DNA of 63,937 nucleotides, filler included, from Conidiobolus incongruus B7586 (lineage: Eukaryota), in assembly GCA_000697335.1 (NCBI GenBank). It is 18 parts of 18 records of this genome, joined end to end, with 100 filler letters (N's around TTAATTAATTAA, not from the genome) between each part and the next. Parts side by side here need not be neighbours in the genome. Positions count along the whole stretch, not along the records: positions 38,277 to 40,709 come from JNEM01000324.1; positions 40,810 to 45,970 come from JNEM01000325.1; positions 46,071 to 49,066 come from JNEM01000326.1; positions 49,167 to 51,300 come from JNEM01000327.1; positions 51,401 to 54,239 come from JNEM01000328.1; 13 more parts are not named here. The stretch is one strand, 5' to 3'. This document shows positions 38,277 to 53,336 of the stretch, piece after piece. Positions within the stretch are counted from its first letter, which is position 1. The number at the start of each line of letters is the position of its first letter. A model generated the notes under the pieces. It searched no databases and was not told where the DNA came from. It was given only the letters and a program-made list of their open reading frames with translations. A program made the position numbers and the translations under genes.

Positions 38277-40709
38277 TAATATATATAAAAATATTGAAAT
38301 ATAGATATACTTGATAAAATATATATATAAATCCCAATATATTTAAAAATTAAAAATTCACTAAATATTCAAATAAAAATTATTATTTTATTTATTTTCT
38401 ATACTTTTACTCTTATATATTTCTCTAACAAAATTTTTATTTTGATGTTTTATTAATTACTATTTTTTGTTCTTATATAACAAACAAATTTTTATAATAA
38501 TTAATGCTTCAAAAAGTGATATTATGCAAAAAATAATAAATAATAATATTTATGAAATTTGATTTATTCCAAAATAAAATTTCAAAGTATTGATAATATA
38601 TTTATCATAATATATACCTTAATTCAAATCAAATATATAAATTATACAAATTACAATTTTTTATAATAAAATAAAAAATATTACATTCAAGAGTATATAT
38701 GCATATAGCTTTTATTTACCATAATAAATTATTTTCACTTTAAAATAAAATTATTTTAAAATTTATTTCATTTACAAATTAAAGATTAAGTATGAAAAAT
38801 ATCAAATTTTTAAAATATAGCAATATTGATGGTAAATTTGATTGGAATATTAAATGATATGTATTATAAATATCTTAATTTTTATTGAATATGTGATTTA
38901 AGCGTATTTGGATTAATAAATAAATAATTAATTTTATAATATTCGATTGATTTATTAGAAATAATAGTATTTATTTACAAATATATATGTTAGTTGTTTA
39001 TCATAGTTTTAATAATTAAATTTTTTATTTTAAATATTAATATTCTGTTAAATATCCAAAATTTTATTAATTTGTTGTATTATATATTTATTGATATTGA
39101 TTCGTCTATGTTTTTATAAATTTATATATTCAAAAGTTTCTATTATTTGATATATTAAATGTTGAATTCACCAATATAATTTAATAACATAATGTATTCT
39201 GTATTTTGAAATAACATTATGTTTCCAAATTGGTTATAAAAATTTTTAATGATCATATTGAATCGATCAAATCATATCTCTTAACTGTTATTAATCCATT
39301 ATTATTGATTAAATTGTCAATTTTTTTGAATATTATAATAAAATATTTATAAATATTTTCATATTTAGAGGTAATTTAATGAATAAAAATTTGTAATATT
39401 AAACTTTCAATTGTTTTTTGATCTCTTTCTAAGGAATTTATATATTCATTCACATATTTAATAGCAAAAAATGATAAATATTTATTGTATTATTTTAATA
39501 TGCATTATAATTTATAGGAATTTGATAAATTAATCAATCTTATTAATTTGATTTCTTTTATCGATATTTATCATTTTTGAAATTAGTTTATAATTTTATT
39601 GTTTATTAAATTATTATTAAATTAATAAAATAAATTCTAACATATATTATTATATCATAAAATAGAACTTATTATAATTTTACGTATCAAACGAATTAGA
39701 TAAATCAATAATATAATTAAAGATTGATAAGTAATATTATCAACTCATATAATTGAGATTTATTTGAATTAATTATAATATAACCATTAGTTTAAGTTTT
39801 GTTTATGTAATATTTGTTAAAATATATAAAATTAATTCATTCTAAATGTATTTTATTGGTATTAATTTGTTAAACCAATTTACAAATAATAACACTGAGG
39901 TTAAATATAATAATTTTAACATTTGGAAATATATATATGAGTATATCATCTTATTTAATTTAATAACACTGTGATAAAATTAAAAAATTATTTTACATTT
40001 AATCTTTAATTCTATTTTTATAAGGTTTTTATTAGGAAATTTAGTAATAGAATGAAATAATTCAAGATTAAGTTATTCACTACCAGATCTATATATTTTA
40101 GACACAATAATTATTTTAAATAATTTTGATAACTAATTAAATTATGGTTGGGTATTAATTTTTCTTTAAATTATTTTATTGGATTAGAAATGATATAATA
40201 TTTGTTTTGATATTTATATTAATAAGTTATTATGAATTAAATTACATAAAGAATTTAAAAAATTTTATTTTATCAATTATTAACAAAATTTTTATCAAAA
40301 TACAATTTATATTTTTATTACTAATCTAATATCTTCACATTACTTGAATTGAAACTCAATTTTAAACACTATTTATATTTTTAATTTTGAAATAATTTTT
40401 TTATTTATATAAATCAAAATGAAACATAAGTTATTAATATATTTATTTGTTAGTATATGATTAAATTTATTTAATAACAGATAAACTCATTTACTTTAAA
40501 TATTAGATATTAGAAATAGTTTAATTAATTATTTTTTGAAATTTTGGCAAATATATTAGATCTTAATTAATAATATATTAAGTAGAAGGTATAATTTATC
40601 TTTTGAAATTGATAATTAATCGAAATAAAATATTTAAAAATGAACAATATATTTATATATTATATGAAAAAAAATTTGTTATTTAACATATATATTCTAT
40701 ATTAAATTA

Positions 40710-40809
40710 NNNNNNNNNNNNNNNNNNNNNNNNNNNNNNNNNNNNNNNNNNNNTTAATTAATTAANNNNNNNNNNNNNNNNNNNNNNNNNNNNNNNNNNN
40801 NNNNNNNNN
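40710..40809. other. Artificial contig-joining spacer
   Basis: N44-TTAATTAATTAA-N44. Confidence 0.98.
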
Positions 40810-43800
40810 CAAAAAATACTTTTTTCTAAATATTTATTTATATTTATAAATATAGTCAAATATAAAATAAAAATGGATAGAGAATATTAAAATTTTATTA
40901 ATCTTGATGATATTTATTTTTCTTTTTATCAAATTTTAATAATACACAAATATTAATAGATTTTTAACTTAATCATTAAATAATTAATCATCAATTGAAT
41001 ATTATTGTCAATAAAACTATTATCATTAATTCAATGGTAAAAATACATATTAAAATAATTAGTAAAATTGATAAAAAAACCTATTAATGATAATTCTAAA
41101 TATAATTTAATAATTTAAATTTATAATTAAATGAAATATTTTATTCTTATTAGTATTAATATAGAATATACAAAGTTAAAATATTTTTATATTTAATAAT
41201 TTTTCATATAAATTAAATTATTATTAATTTATGATAATAAGTATATAAATATTTTGATATAATACCTTTTGAAACTATCTGATCTGTGAACTTATTTAAT
41301 AAAGAAAAATTTAAACTGAATAAATTATACAATAATTTATTATATTTAATAAAACATTTTAAATGTTGTTATTGAATTTATAAAGACTAATAATATATAT
41401 ATATATATTTTTTTTTCAATGGATAGATATTTTAACAAAATGTAAAATAAAAATTGCTTAATAAATACTCTGACTTGATTTGATTTATTGAACGTAAATA
41501 AATTACAAATCAATATAATTTTTTGATTGAATATTTCTAGAAATTGAATTTGATAAAATGAAAATGATCACAAGTATAATATTAATTTATATAACAACAA
41601 TAAAATTATTTTAATTACAAAATTGATTTAATGATTTAATCAAAATTTTTCCAAAATATTTCATATAAAATTTTTAAACTTTTTGTCAATTTTATTTAAT
41701 AATTATTAAAAATATTTTGGATTTAATTGCTTATTTTCAAATCCAACAAATTTATTTCAATTAATTCAAGATCTTAAATTACTAGCAAAAAAAATATATC
41801 CAAATATCTTGATTATTAATTTTATGAAACAAATGTGTTTATGATTACTCTGGGTATGTAAATAATTTTTATTTCAAAACAATATTGAAAGAAAAATGGT
41901 TTGTCTTAATAAAAATACAATTATTAGTAAATTAAAATATTAAATATATAAAAATTTAAAAAAATTAATAATTTATTGGCATAATTTATTAATATATTTA
42001 TTACGACAATAATTAACAAATGAGAACATTATTAAAATAATATTATGAAACTAAATTAGTATACTAGTGTTATAATCAAAATCAAATAATAATATTCAAA
42101 TAACTTACAAAAATTTATTCAAATGAATTTTGTTAAAAATCAATATATCGTTGAGAATTTTGATATTTTCATTTTGAACCCTGATAATTAAATAATCATT
42201 TTACAATTTACTTCATAATAGACCTTTATAAATATCATTTTACTTATTACATTGAAATTGAAAATTTTATTGAAATTATACAAAAACATTATTGATTTAA
42301 AAATTGTATTTCAATTATTTTACCATGTTGTTTGCATTTAAGAATAAAAACACATATATATATATATATTATATTCTTACAATAATTATCTCTATATTTA
42401 TTTTGTTCAAATTTAATATCCTAATAAAACCAAAACTTTCAACCATAATTGAATAAAAATATTTAAAATATATAACTTGCAAATAAATTAAATATCTTAT
42501 AAAATTTTTATAAATATTTTTAATAAAAATATAATTAAAATTTCATGGTATTACAAATTTCATTTTTACTATGAAATTTGTGACTTTTTATTAAAATTCA
42601 AATTTTCATTTTTATCAAAATTATTAATAAATATAAATTTAACTCGATATTAATTGCTGTACTGAAAAATTTTGATTACTAATTAAATTCATTTATACAA
42701 ATTCAATAAAAAATATGCTATATATCACAATAAGATTATTAAATTATTAAATAATTCACATTTAATCTGCTCTAATTAATAATATTGTTAATAGAATATC
42801 AATTTTCATAACCCTCTAAGTAATAATAATTAAGTTTCAGAAACACAAATGTTAAGTATCTAAGTGAATAAAGGAATTGGATTTAATTAGTATATACTTA
42901 AATTATTATATAAATATAAATAATTTATATATTGAACATTGATACCATTTAGCAAATAAAATGTAATATTTTTATAATTTAATTGAAGTTTTAAATAAAT
43001 ATATTCCAGATTGAATTAATTTATTTAATTGATATTCTATAATAATAATCAAAAATTTTTATTAACCTGATTAATTAGTAAATTTCAATTAAAAATCTAT
43101 TAATTATTTTATTTAATAATTTTGAAATTTAATTAAAATTAATTAAAAAATAATTTATTTTTTTATCAATAAACAATATTCAAAATATAATTTTATATAA
43201 GGTAAATGATAAAATACTTACACTATTTTATTGATTTAATAAATATTTTTTTAATATTAGAGAGTGTAATTATATTGAATTATAGTTTTTAAAAAAATTA
43301 TTATTATATTATATGTAATTATTTAATTTATATAAAATATTCAATTATATTTGTTAATATATTTATGATGAATTATGATAATATATTAAATATCACTTTT
43401 GATATAATGATTTTTAATTATCATTTGATATATATTTACAATATTTAATTTTAAATATATATTAAAGAAAACATTGATAAATTTTACGTTTATTAGTTTA
43501 AAAGATTGAAATAATATATTTAAATTATGCAATCAAATACAAAACTCTAATCGCAATGGAAATTTAAAAATTAAACAAAATATATATAAATAACCAGGAG
43601 TTATTTAATAATTTAATATTAAATAGAAATTTCTAAAATTTAATAAAATATTATATGATAATATTAAAATTCTTTAGTTAAACTTAGTTTTAAATACGTT
43701 TGGATTGATTTAAATATAATTGGAACTGATAAAATTTATTTAGTAATAATTAATAGCTTTGAATGATAAGATTTAATTACTAAATAAATCCAAGCCGAAA

Positions 43801-45970
43801 TCAAATAATAATTTTATATTATAAAATTTGAATAGATCAATATAATAATTATTGAAATTTCTTAGAAAAAATATTATCAAGTTTGGATTTAATATATTTT
43901 ATTATAATAAAGAAAAATTTTTATTAAATTGAACTTAATTAATACTTAGATATTTATTTTTAACAAATTATTTATTGATATATAGAAAAATTTTTGTTAA
44001 TATTTTTTGATTATAAAAAGATATTCATATAATAATAACTATTATTTTTGATTCAGTTCAAATAATATTTTATATTATTTTGACTTTATAATAATTATAT
44101 TAACTAGAATATTTGTATATGGATAAATTATAAACTAAATAAGAAATTATGAATTAATAGAGTTCCATATCATTTTCCAAGACATAAATATGATATTTAT
44201 AAAAGAATTGTACATCTTAATATTAAAATTCATTAATTTTATAAATTATTAAGTCAAACTATGAAATGAAAAAATACATCATTTACAGACAATATTTTTG
44301 TTAATATTGAAAGAGTGATTATAAAACTTATATTATTATTACCATTATATAAATTAATGTTTTTAACATTTATTATTTTTTTAAGTATATTCAATTGATA
44401 CTTATAATGTTATATTATTTTTATTTCAAAGTAAATTGATAAAATGCTTTATAAATATATCAAAATATTTAATTTATATATTTTAATATTATTTTCATAT
44501 TCATTACAATCATATTTTCAACAAAGTATTTATTTATATATAAATTATTATTATTCAATTTATTAAATATATTTAATGAATTTGAAAATGCAAAATAATA
44601 GAAATAAAAATAGTATATTGGAAATAATATTTTTTAAAAAATTTCAAATATAAAACAAAGTAATTATAAATTTAAGTGATATGTTCATTTAAGATTTAGT
44701 GAAATTAAAAATTAATATTTGAAAGATAATTGGATTTAAGTCTAATATTAAGGATTAGAAATTAATATTTAAAAATAAAAGAAGTGGATAAATCAGATTA
44801 ACAATTTCAAGTTAAAAACTATATAGGCATTATAAGTTATTAATATTGTAATCAAAGCAATATCAACTCTCAATTATATTTTATATTTTCAAAATTAAAA
44901 ATTCTATCATTATATTTGTTTATAAATTTGAAATAAATTATGAAGTTTTATAATATATCAGTTAATTTCGATAAAATAATCTAATTAAATATACGTATAT
45001 TTTTTTAATTATATTAAAATATATAAGTTTTCATATGTTAATTTATTGAATATCATTCATATTTTTATAGATAATAATTTGAATACTTGAAAAGTTAGAT
45101 TTTAATCAAAAATTTATATATAAATTGTATTAATACAAATAATGTTGAAAATTTCTTTAAAATATTATTTAAATAATCTATTAAAGGACTAGTTATCTGA
45201 ATACTTATAATTATTTTTATATTCATTAAATAAATATAAATTATATGATTATTCAATACTTAGAGTGATTATTTAATTAAAATAATAATTTTAATTATCT
45301 AATATAGAAGTTTTTTCTATTTCCTTTCATTTCTTACTGTTTTATATTTTCAATATTGTTTTTTTGAAATTGATACTACTCATTTATATTATTTTGATAT
45401 ATTATCACTACCTAAGGTAAATTTTAATATATTGGTTATTTATTGCAGTTTGAAGCTTAACCATACTTTATTTACATTGGCACAATATATTCCACTTTAC
45501 CCTACTATATTTTGTGCCACAAAACTTTTATATTAAGGCTTCCTTTATATTAAATTAGTTTAACAAATATTAAACTTAAATAATCAATAAGATTATAGTT
45601 ATTACAACCTTATGTTATTTAATAAAATATATCATTTATATTTAATTTAATATAAATTTTAATATACAAATTAGTTTAATATTTTATTTATTTTCTTTTA
45701 TTTAATTATTAAAATAAATAAAAATAATTTGTTATGATAATTAAATTTGTATTTTTGTTCAAATTATAATAATTTCATCAAAATAAAAACATTATTGAAA
45801 TTTATTTCATGTTAAATAATTACAAACAATTTAAATCAATTAAATAAAATAATAAATATTAAAACAATTAAAAAATATTGTTCAAAAAAAATAATTTGAA
45901 TAAATTATAATATCTTTCAAATTATTATTATGTTTATATTTGTATATATTAATTATAATGCTAAATTTAT

Positions 45971-46070
45971 NNNNNNNNNNNNNNNNNNNNNNNNNNNNNN
46001 NNNNNNNNNNNNNNTTAATTAATTAANNNNNNNNNNNNNNNNNNNNNNNNNNNNNNNNNNNNNNNNNNNN
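45971..46070. other. Artificial contig-joining spacer
   Basis: N44-TTAATTAATTAA-N44. Confidence 0.98.
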
Positions 46071-46946
46071 TATTAATCAAAATATTAAAATAAACTATTA
46101 ATATAACAATATAATTATATAAAATATATTATTAAATAATAAGAAAAATATTGATTAATTATATTTAAAATCTTATAACATTATATAAATTATTTTAGCA
46201 ATCATATTATTTTCTACATAGTATATAATTTTTTGATAAATGAATAATAATTGTTTAATAATTATAAATATAGGAGAAATTGGATTTTTAGGGTTTAAAT
46301 TGGAAATTACCAATGGTAAACAAGAATCTAACAAAAAGTTACAAGAAATTAATAGGTTTTAATAAATAAAATCAAATTAACTTTTTATAAATTATGTTTT
46401 TTATATAATTAAATATTTTATATTTATTATAACTTAATGAAATTTATGATAATTATAAGTTAACTTAAAGATAGTATATTTTTGGAAAAAAAAATAATTG
46501 GATAATATTTATTTATTGATTTATAATAATTTTATATTAATTTCCCTTATTGATGTTTTTGGAAAAAAATGACTTATTGGTAAAAAATAACAGAATTAAC
46601 CTGTTCATGAAATATATAACTTTTAGCTTGATTTTGTAATTAGATATGATAATAGGGTTTTTCAATAATTGCCAAGTTTATTCCAAATTAAAGTAATATA
46701 CTTATAATTTTAATAATACCATGATCATTAATAATACAATATAATAATAATTAATAAAAATAAAAAACTATATTTAGGATTAAATTAAGCTTAATGATTT
46801 GGTTTAATAATTTAATCTTAAAAAAATAGCTTGTTGAATAGATTTGAATAAATATTTAAAATAAATCATAAAAAATTTATATAATAATATTTTATTAAAA
46901 ATTAAAAATTAGCACTTTTTAATTAATGATTTTTCAAATATATTTA

Positions 46947-48186
46947 TGAGCTAGGAAACTAAAATAAAAATAAAAGAAATAAAAATTAAATTCATAGAAT
47001 AAGGTACTATATAATTATACGTATTTTATTTATTTCTATTTTTTGATATTAAAATTGATTATCGAATATATAAATATATAAATTAAAAAATAACTATCAA
47101 AATATTATCATTTGGATATCATTGAAATTTAATCACTAATCCATTAAAATACCTTAAAATTTACAACCAGTTTATGGAAATAGTGTTTTATTTAAAATTA
47201 GAGTATATTGTTATATTTTCTTTAAAATTAAAAAACAAATTATTAAAGATTTTCTAATAATTGGTAAATTAATTTCTAACATTAATTTTTGTATTATTAA
47301 ATATAAAAAGATTTATTTTGAATTATCTTTTTATATAGTCAATCAAGTAATAAAAATGTTTTAAAATATATTATATCATTGTATTTTATATATATGGATT
47401 TAATCTTAGTTTGAATCAAAAATATATAGAATAAATAACCTATATATTAAATAAGTTTAAAAAAAAACTATGATAATATAGCTATAAAAAAATAATCAAA
47501 ATATATTAAGGAATTTAGGCTATGATTTTCTTTTATAATAATTGATAAACTTTAGATTTCTGAATATATTCTTTTATTTAAAAATATATCAAAAATTTTA
47601 GATTAAGTTAAAATAAATATTTTTATAAATTCAAATAAAAAACATTGAATTTTAAAAAAAATTAATTAGAGTAATAGATTAAAGTTATATAAAAGCTTCT
47701 TATTTAGTTGCTAAAGGTTGATATTCAAATTATCAACATATATCTTTTTTATATATAATGATTTTTAAATAATTTTATAAAATAAATTAATAAATATATT
47801 TATTTTATATAATAATGATAAAACACATAAATCTCAAGCTATATAAGCTATGCTTAATAAAAATATCTTGCAAGAGTTATCATACCTAAAATGTCAACCA
47901 GATTATAACCTATGTGATTATAATTGTATTAGAATTTTAAAAATAAATTTGTAAGAAAACAAATTCCAAAGGATTAATTAATTAAGGTTTAATTACCAAA
48001 TTTCAATTATAAGAAAAAACAGTTGTTTTTTAGATATTAGTGATTTGCCAAAGATATCACAAAGGGTTCTTGATAAAAAAGAAGTGTATAAATTTTATAG
48101 TTTATATTAGTTTTATTAAATTTTTTATTAAAATTAATAGTTAAAATCAATTTGAAAAAACTTTTATTATAAAATTTCCAACCTCA
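46947..48186 (+). mobile_element. Near full-length degenerate mariner (DD34D) element, about 1.24 kb
   Basis: Imperfect inverted ends TA-TGAGCTAGGAAACT... / ...AATTTCCAACCTCA. The interior aligns with 62532-63547: ttacaaccagtttatggaaatagtgtttta (LQPVYGNSVL, HTH), ataattgataaactttagatt (ID[E].[W]I), ccagattataacctatgtgattataattgt (PDYN[P]CDYNC) and gatttgccaaag (DLPK). Confidence 0.75.
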
Positions 48187-48581
48187 TGTTTTTAATAAAT
48201 TAGATGTCAAATAAGAGAATTAAGATTTTTCTAATTTCTTTGAAATTATAGATTAAATTTAAAAATATTACATAACTAACATATATAATATGCAAGCTTG
48301 ACATATAAGGTTAATTAAATATATTAAAAAACTTTTGCTTGGTGATGTATATATATATATATATATATCAAAATGAATACCTATTGTATCCATAATAATT
48401 GTATATAATATCTTTCCTGTATTAGCAATATGATTGTAAAATATTTAATTTAGAATATATAAATATTTTGATAAAGTTTGTTGTGTTATGAACTTGAATA
48501 ATTTAGTAAATTAAATAATATAAATTGTGAAAACAATTTGAATATAATTAAATAGATGAAACAATGATAAACAGTCATTTA

Positions 48582-49066
48582 TCATACAAATTTAAAAGTT
48601 TTTAAATGTACATCTTTCTTAGAATCGGAATTCATAAAAAATAAAATAGAAATATTGAGGATGAGTGAACAAACGATACACACAGTTGCAATGTAGTCCA
48701 TTAACCAGGTTCTCATATTCCCACTGATAACCTCGTATAATACACAGTATAGTTTACCAGAATATACCAGAATGTACAAGACTATGTTGACTATTGATTT
48801 AAACACCGTATTCAAACATTCCTTAAACACTAGTTCTTTCGGTATATTTAAACTCAGTTGCTTGAACGATTGCTTATATCGAAATATCATAATTCCAACA
48901 TAACTCACAATAACCATAATATAAGACACTAACAAGTTGAAAAGAAATACCACTCTCAGTAGTTCAGCACCTTCAACAACTCCTACAGTACAATAAACTG
49001 CAATACTGACCAGCCGTTGCCTGTCTTTTATAGCGTTTATAAGAAAGATTGACCACTGAGCACTAC
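48582..49066 (-). CDS. 5'-truncated GPCR-like 7TM protein (C-terminal TM4-TM7 portion)
   Basis: The frame is open from the contig end at 49066 (SAQWSIFLINAIKDRQRLVSIAVYCTVG...) through the ORF-track sequence to TGA at 48582. It shows an extracellular-loop YC, TM5 ending SYVGIMIFRYKQ, a helical ICL3 and TM7 LILNISILFFMN, a rhodopsin-like layout. Confidence 0.75.
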
Positions 49067-49166
49067 NNNNNNNNNNNNNNNNNNNNNNNNNNNNNNNNNN
49101 NNNNNNNNNNTTAATTAATTAANNNNNNNNNNNNNNNNNNNNNNNNNNNNNNNNNNNNNNNNNNNN
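49067..49166. other. Artificial contig-joining spacer
   Basis: N44-TTAATTAATTAA-N44. Confidence 0.98.
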
Positions 49167-49714
49167 AAATTAGAAAATAAAATTATTAATTTTAATATAA
49201 TAATTTAATTTAAATAAACTCATAATATATTATTTAATCAAATTATATATTTTAGCTTTAATAAAATTAATATATAAAATTTATTAAAATTATCCATTAA
49301 TATAGTAAATTAAATATAAAGTTGTACTATAAATTTATTAATTCTTGATTATTATTAAAATAATTAATGTTTATTGGTTTTATCCTTGATTATTTAAGTA
49401 TTTTAAATTTATAAGGACTATATTTGACTAATTTTTATATTAATTATATATTTTATTTTGAGGTTTGATTATATTGTTTTAAACCAGGTTTATATATTTA
49501 ATTGATAAGTAATTATTCATAAATTTGATTAATTAATTTAATAAATAATAATAAAATTTATAAATCAAATAAAAACTATATTATAATCATTATATTATTA
49601 TTTTTAAACCTTTAATTATATATATTTTGATATTTTAAATATTTTTTTTGCAAAAATCTAAAAATTTTAACTTATATTATACAAAATTTTTTCTAATTTT
49701 TGATTTAGAATATA

Positions 49715-51300
49715 CACTGGCTAATAAAAATGAGTTATAAAATTATAATTATTTATATTGTTATCAATAACTCTGTTAATTCTTAATCAAATTAATTTAA
49801 ATTAAAACATAAAATAAACTTATCTTATTTATTTATAATTAAGTATATTTGTTCTAATTATATTAGCATTTAGTTGATATACTAAAATTTAAATTTTACC
49901 TAAGATAAGGTATAAATTTGTGTATTTTGGTTATAGAAAGAAAATTAAAACATAATATATCTATCTTTTGCTTTCCTAACTTTATTAAGTTTATAAGGTA
50001 TAGAGTTAACTAACTTCTTATATTAAGAAGGATTAATTTTATTCTAGACTTCTTGAACATATTCCCAAAGCTTATTTAAATTTTTTGTTAATGGGAAAGC
50101 ATTAATTGTTTTTTAATTAATCCTAAAGGTGTTTAATTAAATTAAAATTAAAGGATTAAAGAGGCAACTTTATAACTGTTATTTTATTATTTTTAAACCA
50201 TTTGGTAATAGAAATAATAATATAGCAAGAGGTATTATCTTTTTGGAAAATAATATCTGATTTATTTAATCTATATTATTTAAAATTTTTTTTAATTTAT
50301 TGTTTAGAATATTTTAATATATCTCAATATTAATTCCTTTATCAACTTTACAAAGATATTCTATATTAAAAGATAATATACATCCTTAAACTATAATTGA
50401 CATATCATTATATTTTTGAGTTAAAATAACATAATAGTCATAAAATAATTCTTTATCTTTTCTGTGATATTTAGCTTTTCTATTTAATCTACTAAATATA
50501 TTTTTGTTTTATTAAACTAAATAACCTTACTCTAATCAGTTTTAATTTAACTTTAATAATGATATTTATAGTTTTGCTTAACCTTATAATAGGATTTCTT
50601 TAGTTAAAGCTGTTTTTTTCTTAAAATATAAATAATATCTATTATAATATAAAGTATATATAATAGTATTAATACTAACTAATATTCTTATATAATCTTG
50701 TAACTCTTTTTGTACTTCTATAGCAATATTATAATTACCTGTATTAATTAACTTATAAATTTATCTTTTATCATATTTATTTATAATCCAAACATACTTA
50801 AGTTTAGGTTTAGATATATCCTTATTATAATTTTTAATAGCCTTAGCTATAGTAGACTAGCTAGCACTAATAATTCCAGCAATCTTATGAGTTGATTTAC
50901 CTTCACCAAAGAGTTAATTAATATATAAGTAAATTTTTTTAGAAAGGGATTTAGGTATTTTAATATTAATATTATTTAAAATAATAATTTACAATAATAA
51001 TTTATAATAATAATATTAGTATAGATATATATAATTTAATAAAAAAAAGATTTAAGTAATTTTTGTTTTATATATCTTTTTAACACTTAAACTTGCAAAT
51101 TTATAACTTATCTTTTTGAAAATTTAAGATTTAATATATTAACCAATAATATATTAAATATAATTAAATATTACCCATTATAATCAAATAATATACCTTA
51201 ATTATATGCTTTAATATAAATTAATTTTGTTAAGAATTATTTAAGTTATAAGTAAATATATAAGTAACTTTTATTTTATAACTTACTTTTGTAGGTTAGA
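49715..51300 (-). mobile_element. Tc1-family (DD34E) DNA transposon, copy A, transposase pseudogene about 49945-50958
   Basis: TA|CACTGGCTAATAAAAATGAGTTATAAAATT terminus at 49715, with the matching inverted end at the contig edge (51300). The minus strand gives [M]PKSLSKK..., FQKDNTSC, TKWFKN, SFNFNLIKHL* (from SPDFNPIEHLW) and KAKDRY. Homologous to copies B and C. Confidence 0.9.
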
Positions 51301-51400
51301 NNNNNNNNNNNNNNNNNNNNNNNNNNNNNNNNNNNNNNNNNNNNTTAATTAATTAANNNNNNNNNNNNNNNNNNNNNNNNNNNNNNNNNNNNNNNNNNNN
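51301..51400. other. Artificial contig-joining spacer
   Basis: N44-TTAATTAATTAA-N44. Confidence 0.98.
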
Positions 51401-53336
51401 TAATAATAATATAAATAAATTTATGATTAAATATAAAAGATAAACTTTTATAAAAATAGTTTATAAAAAAAAATATGTAATTTTATCTAATTTATATTTA
51501 AGATAATATTATAGTTAATTAAAACACTTATTAAAGAAATATATTCATTATGTTTTAGGGATAAAAATAAAAAACCCTTGACTAAACTATTATTTTAGTA
51601 TTTTTATTTATCAGTTAATATTATAAAGGTGGTAAATTATTTTTTTAATAGATAAAGTTAATCATCTAAAATATTATTAAATAAATACTTAATAGCATCT
51701 ATATCAATTAAAATATTAATTATATTGTTATTAATACTACCTGTAATAACAAAAGAAAAAAGGTTATCATAAAGTAAATTATTAAGATATAAGATATATT
51801 CGGTAAATAATAGTTGGATTAAGTTTATTCTGTTATATTTATTGTTATTATAATTACTAGATTTGAAGTGTTTTAAAGGATAATTTTTAGTAATATAATC
51901 TATATATATATATTAATAATAAAAACATATATTTAGGTTTTTCCATAAACTTTTAATTTCAAAACTTAATATTTTACTTTATATAGTATAAGAAGTATGT
52001 TTTCTAACTTAAGTTAACAATTATTTGATTAAAATTAAAATTTTATATAAGATGAAATTTAAGAGTAGTTTTTAAATTATATGTGTAATTGCTTAAGATC
52101 TAGTTTAAATATTAGTTAAAATATATAACAATTTTAATTTATAGTGTTTTACTATATATATCTTTAAATTTATTAAGTTTGATATTAATTTAAGATATAA
52201 ATAAATTAATGATATATAGTTTAAATTTTTTAAAAACATAATATTATGTTGATATTTTAAAATAGGTAATAACTAAATCTTAATATATCTTAAAGTATTA
52301 ATGAAATTGTTAACAAAACTAGTTTATTATATATAAATTTTTTTTGAAAAGTTTTTAAGAATATTAATAACTTAAGTAAAAAAAATTAACTAAGAAATTA
52401 ATATATTAAAAAAGATGATTTATTTGATAGGTTATTGATTAAAAAATAATATAGGATGATTTCAATTATGTTTGTTTTACTAACCTCTTATAATTTTAGT
52501 TAGAGAAAAGATAATAATATGTACTATAATTTCATTATTAATCTAACAATATTAGAAGTATTTTTAGAATTATAATATATATATATATTAAGTTTAAATA
52601 AAAACTATTCACTATTAAAATATTTTAGTATTTATAGAAGACCTTTTAAATAAAAGTTATATTATAATTTAAATTAATATATTATTGAAAATTAAAAGGA
52701 GAATAATGTTTGTTTATTAACTCTTAAAATATAAGCTTATTTTAAATAGTTTAATTTAAAAAAAATTCATTTAAATTACTATCTTTTTTAATTAAATACC
52801 TAATTAAAATAAATTAAAGTTATTGAGTAATTATATCTTAAACATTAGTAGATTCTTCAGAGAGAGTTATGATTATAGGTTATGATAATATTAAAGTTAA
52901 ATAAGGGTAAAAGAATTAAAGAGTAAAATAGGTTAAAATAAGCAATAAGAGTAAAATAAAAATATGAAATAAGAATTCACAAAATATAAAATTAATCAAA
53001 ATACCTCAACTAAACAAGAATTAAAAGGAATATAATAACCTTACTGCTATTATATATTAAATAGTTATTAGATTTATTAAACTAATTAGTTAGTTTAAAT
53101 ATAAAAGAAGCTAAACTAAGAAAGATTTATCAATAAAGTAATTATATTAAAGTCCCTCCTTTATAGAAAAGTATACTATGTAATTATTTATAGGGGAGTA
53201 AGTTATATTGTCATTTATAAGAATTTTAAGAATTGTTATTAATTTATGATAAGTTTAAACTAACAATAATAGTTAATAATATAGTTTTTATTGCTGGTTC
53301 TTCTTTTTTCTTGAGTTTTTGATAATAGGTTAAAAA

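Noticed and set aside
46270..46360. EIGFLGFKLEITNGKQESNKKLQEI resembling the FLG motif at the end of a retroelement RT
   Set aside because: Only one short motif; no YxDD or other RT blocks recoverable nearby.
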